A stretch of 64,000 nt of DNA from assembly GCF_036321535.1 (NCBI RefSeq), contig NC_087446.1, positions 64,668,001-64,732,000 of the forward strand. Reading direction: 5' to 3'. Positions 13,861 through 25,234 of this stretch are shown piece after piece. The position numbers were made by a program, and so were the translations under genes. Position 1 is the stretch's first letter. Each line of letters starts with the position of its first letter. Below the pieces are notes generated by a model. That model was not told where the DNA came from, did no database searches, and worked only from the letters and a program-made list of their open reading frames with translations. The DNA comes from Camelus dromedarius. Its lineage: Eukaryota.

Positions 13861-16800
13861 TCACCTAGCTTGTTGGGAACACAAAGTTTCTTTTCAGTTG
13901 CAAACTCCTCTCCATACATTTATATGGGTAGGTTCTAGCTTCAAATCGGTTTTACATTGAAAACTGCAGGAAATTCAAACCGGCACTAGGAAACAGACTG
14001 AGAATCAGAGTAAAAGTTTTTTCTGCAACCCGTTCCCTTTGTGCTAGATGAACGAACGTCTCTCCACATGCTCAGTTCTGAGAGATAATTGTTTGTGAAA
14101 GCCGTCCTTCACCTAGCTTGTTGGGAACACAAAGTTTCTTTTCAGTTGCAACCTCCAATCCATAAATATATATGGGGAGGTACTAGCTCCAACTCAGTTT
14201 TACAGTGAAAACTGCAGGAACTTCAAACCGTCACTAGGAAACAGACTGAGAAACTAGAGTAATAGTTTCTCCTGCAACCCGTTCCCTTTGTGCTAGATGA
14301 ACGAACGTCTCTCCACATGCTCAGTTCTGAGAGAAAAGTGTGTGTGAAACCCGTCCTTCAACTTCCTTGTTGGGAACACAAAGTTTCTTTTCAGTTGGAA
14401 CTCCAATCCATACATATATATGGGGATGTACTAGCACCAACTCGGTTTCACATTGAAAACTGCAGGAACTTCAAACCGGCACTAAGAAGCAGACTGAGAA
14501 ACCACAGTAAAAGTTTCTCCTGCAACACGTTCCCTTAATGCTAGATGAACGAACGTCTCTCCACATGCTAAGTTCTGAGAGATAAAGGTGTGTGAAAGCC
14601 GTCCTTCACATAGCTTGTTGGGAAAACAAAGATTCTTTTCAGTTGCAAACTCCACTCCATACATATATATGGGGAGGTACAAGCTCCAACTCGGTATTAC
14701 AGTGAAAAGTGCAGGAAATTCAAACCGGCACTAGGAAACAGACTGAGAAACCAGAGTAAAAGTTTCTCCTGCAAACCGTTCCATTTGTGCTAGATGAACG
14801 AAAGTCTCTCCACATGCTCAGTTCTGAGAGATAATTGTGTGTGAAAGCCGTCCTTCACCTAGCTTGTTGGGAACACAAAGTTTCTTTCCACTTGCAATCT
14901 CCACTCCATATATATATATGGGGAGGTACTAGCACTAACTCGTTTTTACAGTGAAAACTGCAGGAATTTCAAACCGACACTAGGAAACAGACTGAGAAAC
15001 CAGAGTAAAAGTTTCTCCTGCAAACCGTTCCAATTGTGCTAGATGAAAGAACGTCTCTCCACACGCTCAGTTGTGAGAGATATGTGTGTGTGAAAGCCGC
15101 CCTTCAACTATCTTGTTGGGAACACAAAGTTTCTTTTCACATGCAAACTCCACTCCATACATATATATGTGCGGTACAAACTCCAACTCGGTTTTACAGT
15201 GAAAACTGCAGGAACTTCAAACCGGCACTAGGAAACAGACTGAGAATCCAGAGTAAAAGTTTCCCCTGCAACCAGTTCCCTTTGTGCGAGTTGAACGAAC
15301 GTCTCTCCACGTGCTCAGTTCTGAGAGATAAGTGTGTGTGAAAGCCGTCCTTCACCTAGCTTTTTGGGAACACAAAGTTTCTTTTCAGGTGCAAACTCCA
15401 ATCCATACATATATATGGGGAGGTACAAGCTCCAACTCGGTTTTACAGTGAAAACTGCAGGAACTTCAAACCGGCACTAGGAAACAGACTGAGAAACCAG
15501 AGAAAAAGTTTCTCCTGCAAGCCGTTCCCTTTGTGCTTGATGAACGAACGTCTCTCCACATGCTCAGTTCTCAGAGATAAGTGTGTGTGAAAGCCGTCCT
15601 TCACCTAGCTTGTTGGGAAAACAAAGTTTCTTTTCAGTTGCAAACTCCACTCCATACATATATATGGGGAGGTACTAGCTCCAACTCGGTTTTACAGTCA
15701 AAACTGCAGGAACTTCAAACCGGCACTAGGAAACAGACTGAGAAACCAGAGTAAAAATTCCTCTTGCAACATGTTCCCTTTGTACTAGATGAATGAACGT
15801 CTCTCCAAATGCTCAGTTCTGAGAGATAAGTGTGTGTGAAAGCCGTACTTCACCTAGCTTGTTGGGAACACAAAGTTTCTTTTCAGTTGCAAACTCCACT
15901 CCAAACATATATATGGGGAGGTACTTGCTCCAACTCGGTTTTACAGTGAAAATTGCAGGAACTTCAAACCGGCACTAGGAAACAGACTGAGAAACCAGAG
16001 TAAAAGTTTCTCCTGCAACCCGTTCCCTTTGTGCTAGATGAACGAACGTCTCTCCAATTGCTCAGTTCTGAGAGATAAATGTGTGTGAAAGCCGTCATTC
16101 TCGTAGCTTGTTGGGAACACAAAGTTTCTTTTCAGTTGCAAACTCCCCTCCATACAAATATATGGGGAGGTACTAGCTCCAACTCTGTTTTACAGTGAAA
16201 ACTGCAGGAACTTCAAACCGGCACTAGGAAACAGACTGAGAAACCAGAGTAAAAGTGTCCCCTGCAACCAGTTCCCTTTGTGCTATTTGAACGAACGTCT
16301 CTCCACATGCTCAGTTCTGAGAGAAAAGTGTGTGTGAAAGCCGTCCTTCAACTTCCTTGTTGGGAACACAAAGTTTCTTTTCAGTTGGAACTCCAATCCA
16401 TACATATATATGGGTAGGTACAAGCTCCAACTCGATTTTACAGTGAAAACTGCAGGAACTTCAAACCGGCACTAGGAAACATACAGAGATACCAGAGTAA
16501 AAGTTTCTCCTGAGAACCGTTCCTTTGTGCTAGATGAATGAACGTCTCTCCACATGCTCAGTTCTGAGAGAAAAGTGTGTGTGAAAGCCGTCCTTCAACT
16601 AGCTTGTTGGGAACACAAAGTTTCTTTTCACTTGCAAATTCCACTCCATACATATATATGGGGATGTACTAGCACCAACTCGGTTTCACAGTGAAAACTG
16701 CAGGAACTTCAAACCGGCACTAAGAAGCAGACTGAGAAACCACAGTAAAAGTTTCTCCTGCAACACGTTCCCTTAATGCTAGATGAACGAACGTCTCTCC

Positions 16801-19800
16801 ACATGCTAAGTTCTGAGAGATAAATGTGTGTGAAAGCCGTCCTTCACATAGCTTGTTGGGAAAACAAAGATTCTTTTCAGTTGCAAACTCCACTCCATAC
16901 ATATATATGGGGAGGTACAAGCTCCAACTCGGTATTACAGTGAAAAGTGCAGGAACTTCAAACCGGCACTAGGAAACAGACTGAGAAACCAGAGTAAAAG
17001 TTTCTCCTGCAACCCTTTCCCTTTGTGCTAGATGAACGAAAGTCTCTCCACGTGCTCAGTTCTGAGAGATAAGTGTGTGTGAAAGCCGTCCTTCACCTAG
17101 CTTGTTGGGAACACAAAGTTTCTTTTCAGGTGCAAACTCCAATCCATACATATATATGGGGAGGTACAAGCTCCAACTCTGTTTTACAGTGAAAACTGCA
17201 GGAACTTCAAACCGGCACTAGGAAACAGACTGAGAAACCAGAGTAAAAGTTTCTCCTGCAAGCCGTTCCCTTTGTGCTTGATGAACGAACGTCTCTCCAC
17301 ATGCTCAGTTCTGAGAGATAAGTGTGTGTGAAAGCCGTCCTTCACCTAGGTTGTTGGGAAAACAAAGTTACTTTTCAGTTGCAAACTCCACTCCATACAT
17401 ATATATGGGGAGGTACTAGTTCCAACTCGGTGTTACAGTCAAAACTGCAGGAACTTGAAACCGGCACTAGGAAACAGACTGAGAAACCAGAGTAAAAATT
17501 CCTCTTGCAATATGTTCCCTTTGTACTAGATGAATGAACGTCTCTCCACATGCTCAGTTCTGAGGGATAAGTGTGTGTGAAAGCCGTCCTTCACCTTGCT
17601 TGTTTGTAACAAAAAGTTTCTTTTCAATTGCAAACTCCAATCCATAAATATATATGGGGAGGTTCTAACTCCAACTCGGTTTTAGTGTGAAAACTGCAGG
17701 AACTTCAAACCGGCACTAGGAAACAGACTGAGAAACCAGAGTAAAAGTTTCACCTGCAACCCTTTCCCTTTGTGCTAGATGAACGAAAGTCTCTCCACAT
17801 GCTCAGTTCTGAGAGATAAGTGTGTGTGAAAGCAGCCCTTCACGTAGCTTGTTGGGAAAAGAAAGTTTCTTTTCAGTTGCAAACTCCACTCCATACATAT
17901 TTATGGGGAGGTACAAGCTCCAACTCGGTGTTACAGTGAAAACAGCAGGAACATCAAACCGGCACTAGGAAACAGACTGAGAAACCAGAGTAAAAGTTTC
18001 TCCTGCAACCCGTTCCCTTTGTTCTAGATGAACGAACGTCTCTCCACATGCTCAGTTCTGAGAGATAAGTGTGTGTGAATGCCGTCCTTCACCTAGCTTG
18101 TTCTGAAAACAAAGTTTCTTTTCAGTTGCAAACTCCACTGCATACAGATATATGGGGAGTTACTAGCACCAACTCGGTGTTACCTTGAAAAATGCAGGAA
18201 CTTCAAACCGGCACTAGGAAAAAGACTGAGAAACCAGAGTAAAAGTTTCTCGTGTGACCCGTTCCCTTTCTGCTAGATGAACGAACGTCTCCCCACATGC
18301 TCAGTTCTGAGAGACAAGGTTGGGTGAAAGCCGTGATTCTTCTAGCTTGTTGGGATCACAATGTTTCTTTTCAGTTGCAAACTCCCCTCCATACATATAT
18401 ATGGGGTGGTACTAGCTCCAACTCGATTTTACATTGAAAACTGCAGGAACTTCAAACCGGGACTAGGAAACAGACTGAGAAACCAGAGTAAAAGTTTCCC
18501 TGCAACCCGTTCCCTTTGTGCTAGTTGAACGAACATCTCTCCACATGCTCAGTTCTGAGAGATAAGTGTGTGTGAAATCCGTCCTTCACCTAGCTTGTTG
18601 GGAAAACAAAGTTTCTTTTCAGTTGCAAACTCCACTCCATACATATATATGGGGAGGTACTAGCTCCAACTCGGTGTTACAGTCAAAACTGCAGGAACTT
18701 CAAACCGGCACTAGGAAACAGACTGAGAAACCAGAGTAAAAATTCCTCTTGCAACATGTTCCCTTTGTACTAGATGAATGAACGTCTCACCAAATGCTCA
18801 GTTCTGAGAGATAAGTGTGTGTGAAAGCCGTACTTCACCTAGCTTGTTGGGAACACAAAGTTTCTTTTCAGTTGCAAACTCCACTCCAAACATATATATG
18901 GGGAGGTACTTGCTCCAAATCGGTTTTACAGTGAAAATTGCAGGAACTTCAAACCGGCACTAGGAAACAGACTGAGAAACCAGAGTAAAAGTTTCTCCTG
19001 CAACCCGTTCCCTTTGTGCTAGATGAACGAACGTCTCTCCAATTGCTCAGTTCTGAGAGATAAGTGTGTGTGAAAGCCGTCATTCTCGTAGCTTGTTGGG
19101 AACACAAAGTTTCTTTTCAGTTGCAAACTCCTCTCCATACATATATATGGGTAGGTACTAGCTTCAAATCGGTTTTACAGGGAAAACTGTAGGAATTTCA
19201 AACCGGCACTAGGAAACATACAGAGATACCAGAGTAAAAGTTTCTCCTGCGAACGGTTCCTTTGTGCTAGATGAATGAACGTCTCTCCACATGCTCATTT
19301 GTGAGAGATATGTGTGTGTGAAAGCCGTCCTTCAACTATCTTTTTGGGAACACAAAGTTTCTTTTCACTTGCAAATTCCACTCCATACATATATATGGGG
19401 AGGTACTAGCTCCAACTCGGTTTTACAGTGAAAACTGCAGGAAGTTCAAACCGGCACTAGGAAACAGACTGAGAAATCAGAGTAAAAGTTTCTCCAGCAA
19501 ACCGTTCCGTTTGTGCTAGATGAACGAATGTCTCGCCACATGCTCAGTTCTTAAAGAAAAGTGTGTTTGAAAGCCGTCCTTCACCTAGCTTGTTGGGAAC
19601 ACAAAGTTTCTTTTCAGTTGCAAACTCCACTCCATACATATATATGGGGAAGTACTAGCTCCAACTCGGTTTCACAGTGAAAACTGCAGGAACTTCAAAC
19701 CGGCACTAGGAAGCAGACTGAGAAACCAGAGTAAAATTTCTCCTGCAACACGTTCCCTTAGTGCTAGATGAACGAACGTCTCTCCACATGCTAAGTTCTG

Positions 19801-20100
19801 AGAGATAAATGTGTGTGAAAGCCGTCCTTCACCTAGCTTTTTGGGAACACAAAGTTTTATTTCACTTGCAAACTCCACTCCATATATATATATGGGGAGG
19901 TCCTAGCTCTAACTCGTTTTTACAGTGAAAAGTTCAGGAAATTCAAACCGGCACTAGGAAACAGACTGAGAAACCAGAGTAAAAGTTTCTGCTGCAAACC
20001 GTTCCAATTGTGCTAGATGAAAGAACGTCTCTCCACATGCTCAGTTGTGAGAGATATGTGTGTGTGAAAGCCGCCCTTCAACAATCTTGTTGGGATCACA
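13860..20100. repeat. Satellite domain II: monomers close to consensus, with short dispersed shared blocks and no long perfect HOR
   Basis: ORFs 14482 and 16720 are identical (offset 2238, 9 monomers). The variant AAAAATTCCTCTTGCAA...GTACTAGATGAATG occurs at ~15755, 17495 and 18740 (offsets of 7 and 5 monomers). Confidence 0.65.
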
Positions 20101-20749
20101 AAGTTTCTTTTCACATGCAAACTCCACTCCATACATATATATGTGCGGTACTAATTCCAACTCGGTTTTACTGTGAAAACTGCAGGAACTTCAAACCTGC
20201 AGTAGGAAACAGACTGAGAAACCAGAGTAAAGTTTGTCCTGCAACCCGTTCCCTTTGTGCTAGGTGAACGAACGTCTCTCCGCATGCTCAGTTCTGAGGG
20301 GTAAGTGTGTGTGAAAGCCGTCATTCTCCTAGCTTTTTGGGAAAACAAAGTTTCTTTTCAGTTGCAAACTCCACTCCATACACATATATGGGGAGGTACT
20401 ATCTCCAACTCGGTTTTACAGTGAAAACTGCAGGAACTTCAAACCGGCACTAGGAAACAGACTGAGAAACCAGAGTAAAAGTTTCTCCTGCAACCCGTTC
20501 CCTTTGTGCTAGATGAACGAACGTCTCTTCACATGCTCAGTTCTGAGAGATAAGTGTGTGTGAAAGCCGTACTTCACTTAGCTTGTTGGGAACACAAAGT
20601 TTATTTTAACTTGCAAACTCCACTCCATAAATATATATGGGTAGGTACTAGCTCCAACTCGGTTTTACAGTGAAATCGGCAGAAACTTCAAAACGGCACT
20701 AGGAAACATAATGAGAAATCAGAGTAATAGTTTCTCCTGCATCCCGTTC

Positions 20750-21745
20750 CCTTTGTGCTAGATGAACGAACGTCTCTCCACATGCTCAGTTCTGAGAGAT
20801 AATTGTGTGTGAAAGCCGACCTTAACCTAGCTTGTTGGGAACACAAAGTTTCTTTTCAGTTGGAAACTCCACTCCATACATATATATGGGGAGGTACAAG
20901 CTCCAACTCTTTTGTACAGTGAAAACTGCAGGAACTTCAAACCGGCACTAGGTAACAGACTGTGAATCCAGAGTAAAAGTTTTTTCTGCTACCCGTTCCC
21001 TTTGTCCTAGATGAAAGAACATCTCTCCGAATGCTCATTTCTGAAAGATAAGTGTTTGTGAAAGCCGAACTTCACATAGCTTGTTGGGAATACAAAGTTT
21101 CATTTCAGTTGCTACCTCCACTCCTAAAATATATATGTGGAAGTACTAGCTCCAACTCAGTTTTACAGTGAAACCTGGAGGAACTTCAAACAGCACTAGG
21201 AAACAGACTTAGAAACCAGAGTTAAGTTTCTCCTGCAACCCGTTCCCTTTGTGCTAGATGAACGAACGTCTCTCCACATGCTCAGTTCTGAGAGATAATT
21301 GTGTGTGAAAGCCGACCTTAACCTAGCTTGTTGGGAACACAAAGTTTCTTTTCAGTTGGAAACTCCACTCCATACATATATATGGGGAGGTACAAGCTCC
21401 AACTCTTTTGTACAGTGAAAACTGCAGGAACTTCAAACCGGCACTAGGTAACAGACTGTGAATCCAGAGTAAAAGTTTTCTCTGCTACCCGTTCCCTTTG
21501 TCCTAGATGAAAGAACATCTCTCCGAATGCTCATTTCTGAAAGATAAGTGTTTGTGAAAGCCGAACTTCACATAGCTTGTTGGGAATACAAAGTTTCATT
21601 TCAGTTGCTACCTCCACTCCTAAAATATATATGTGGAAGTACTAGCTCCAACTCAGTTTTACAGTGAAACCTGGAGGAACTTCAAACAGCACTAGGAAAC
21701 AGACTTAGAAACCAGAGTTAAGTTTCTCCTGCAACCCGTTCCCTT
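20750..21745. repeat. Tandem dimer duplication (496 bp x2)
   Basis: GAAAGCCGACCTTAACC at 20811 and 21307, each followed by the same highly diverged monomer. The dimer is single at ~25520 and ~27505. Confidence 0.9.
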
Positions 21746-24700
21746 TGTGCTAGATGAACGAACGTCTCTCCACATGCTCAGTTCTGAGATATATGTGTGT
21801 GTGAAAGCCGTCCTTCACCTAGCTTGTTGGGAACACATAGTTTCTTTTCAGTTGCAATCTCCACTCCATACATATATATGGGGAGGTAATAGCTCCAAAT
21901 CTTTTTACAATGAATACTGCAGGAACTTCAAACCGGCACTAGGAAACAGACTGAGAAACCAGAGTAAAAGTTTCTCCTGCAAACCGTTCCCTTTGTGCTA
22001 GATGAACGAACGTCTCTCCACATGCTCAGTTCTGAGAAATAAGTGGGTGTGAAAGCCGTCCTTTACGTAGCTTGTTCAGAACACAAAGTTTCTTTTCATT
22101 TGCAAACTCCACACCATACATATTTATGGGGAGGTACTATCTCCAACTCGGTTTTACAGGGAAAACTGCAGGAATTTCAAACTGGCACTAGGAAAGAGAC
22201 TGAGAAACCAGAGTAAATGTTTCTCCTGCAACCCGTTTCCTTTGTGCTAGATGAACGAACGTCTCTGCACATGCCCAGTTGTGAGAGATATGTGTGTGTG
22301 AAAGCCGTCCTTCAACTTTCTTGTTGGGAACACAGTTTCATTTCACTTGCAAACTCCACTTCATACATATATATGGGGAGGTACAAGCTCCAACTCGGTT
22401 TTACAGTGAAAACTGCAGGAACTTCAAACCGGCACTAGGAAACAGACTGAGAAACCAGAGTAACAGTTTCTCCTGCAACACCTTCACTTTGTGCTAGATG
22501 AACGAAAGTCTCTCCACATGCTCAGTTCTGAGAGATAAGTGTGTGTGAAAGCCGTCATTCTCCTAGCTTTTTGGGAACACAAAGTTTCTTTCAGTTGCAA
22601 TCTCCCCTCCATACATATATAAGGGTGGGTTCTAGCTCCAACTCGGTTTTAATGTGAAAACTGCAGGAACTTCAAACCGGCACTAGGAAACAGACAGAGA
22701 AAATAGAGTAAAATTTTCCCCTGCAACCCTTTCCATTTGTGCTAGATGAATGAACGTCTCTCCACATGCTCAATTCTGAGAGATAAGTGTGTGTGAAAGC
22801 CGTCCTTCACCTAGCTTGTTGGGAACACAAAGTTTCTTTTCACTTGCAAACTCCAATCCATACATATATATGGGGAGGTACTAGCTTCAACTCGTTATTA
22901 CAGGGAAAACTGCAGGAAATCCAAAACAGCACTTGGAAACAGACTGAGAAACCAGAGTAAAAGTTCCCCTGCAAACCTTTCACTTTGTGCTAGATGAGCG
23001 AACGTCTCTCCACATGCTCAGTTCTGAGAGATAATTGTGTGTGAAAGCCGTCCTTCACCTAGCTTGTAGGGAACACAAAGTTTCTTTTCACATGCAAACT
23101 CCACTCCATAAATACTTATGGGAAGATACTAGCTCCAACTCGGTTTTACAGTGAAAACTGCAGGATTTTCAAACCGGCACTAGGAAACAGACTGAGAAAC
23201 CAGAGTAAAAGTTTCTCCTGCAACCCGTTCCTTTGTGCTAGATGAACTAACTTCTCTCAACAGGCTCAGTTCTGATATATCAGTGTGTGTGAAAGCCGTC
23301 CTTACCTAGCTTGTTGGGAAAACAAAGTTTCTTTTCAGTTGCAAACTCCACTCCATAAATATATATGGGGAGGTACTACCTCCAACTCCGTTTTACAGTG
23401 AAATTTGCAGGAAGTTCAAACAGGCACTAGGAAACACGCAGAGAATCCAGAGTAATAATTCCTCCTGCTACCCATTCCCTTTGTGCTAGATGAATGAACG
23501 TCTTTCCACATGCTCAGTTCTGAGAGATAAGTGTGTGTGAAAGCCATCCTTTTCCTAGCTTGTTTAGAACACAAAGTTTCTTTTCATTTGCAAACACCAC
23601 ACCATACATATTTATGGGGAGGTACTAGCTCCAACTCGGTTTTACAGGGAAAACTGCAGGAATTTCAAACCGGCACTAGGAAACAGACTGCAAAACCAGA
23701 GTAAAAGTTTCTCCTGCAACCATTTCCCTTTGTGCTAGATGAAAGAACGTCTCTCGACATGCTCAGATGTGAGAGATATGTGTGTGTGAAAGCCGTCCTT
23801 CAACTATCTTGTTGGGAACACAGTTTCTTTTCACTTGCAAACTCCACTCCATACATATATATGGGGAGGTACAAGCTCCAACTCGGTTTTACAGTGAAAA
23901 CTGCAGGTACTTCAAACCGGCAGTAGGAAACAGACTGAGAAACCATAGTAACAGTTTCTCCTGCAACCCGTTCCCTTTGTGCTAGATGAACGAACGTCTC
24001 TCCACATGCTCAGTTCTGAGAGAAAAGTGTGTGTGAAAGCCGTCATTCTCCTAGCTTTTTGGGAACACAAAGTTTCTTTTCACTTGCAAACTCCCCTCCA
24101 TACATATATAAGGGTGGGTACTACATCCAACTCGGTTTTAATGTGAAAACTGCAGGAACTTCAAAACGGCACTAGGAAACAGACAGAGAAAATAGAGTAA
24201 AAGTTCCCCTGCAACCCTTTCCCATTGTGCTAGATGAACGAATGTCTCTCCACATGCTAAGTTCTGAGAGAAAAGTGTGTGTGAAAGCCGTCTTCAACTA
24301 GCTTGTTGGGAACACAAAGATTCTTTTCATTTGCAAACTCCACTCCATACATATATATGGGGAGTTACTAGCTTCAACTCGTTGTTACAGTGAAAACTGC
24401 AGGAACTTCAAACCGGCACTTGGAAACAGACTGAGAAACCAGAGTAAAGTTCCCCTGCAAACTTTTCCCTTTGTGCTAGATGAGCGAACGTCTCTCCAGA
24501 TGCTCAGTTCTGATACATCAGTGTGTGTGAAAGCGGTCCTTCACCTAGCTTGTTGGGAAAACAAAGTTTCTTTTCACTTGCAAACTCCACTCCATAAATA
24601 TATATGGGGAGGTACTAGCTCCAACACGGTTTTACAGTGAAATTTGCAGGAACTTCAAACAGGCACTAGGAAACACACTGAGAATCCAGAGTAATAGTTT

Positions 24701-25234
24701 CACGTGCATCCCGTTCCCTTTGTGCTAGATGAATGAACGTCTCTCCACATGCTCAGTTCTGAGAGATAAGTGTGTGTGAAAGCCATCCTTCATCAAGCTT
24801 GTTGGGAACACAAAGTTTCTTTTCACATGCAAACTCCACTTCATACATATATATGTGCGGTACTAATTCCAACTCGGTTTTACTGTGAAAACTGCAGGAA
24901 CTTCAAACCTGCAGTAGGAAACAGACTGAGAAACCAGAGTAAAGTTTGTCCTGCAACCCGTTCCCTTTGTGCTAGGTGAACGAACGTCTCTCCGCATGCT
25001 CAGTTCTGAGGGATAAGTGTGTGTGAAAGCCGTCATTCTCCTAGCTTTTTGGGAAAACAAAGTTTCTATTCAGTTGCAAACTCCACTCCATACACATATA
25101 TGGGGAGGTACTATCTCCAACTCGGTTTTACAGTGAAAACTGCAGGAACTTCAAACCGGCACTAGGAAACAGACTGAGTAACCAGAGTAAAAGTTTCTCC
25201 TGCAACCCGTTCCCTTTGTGCTAGATGAACGAAC

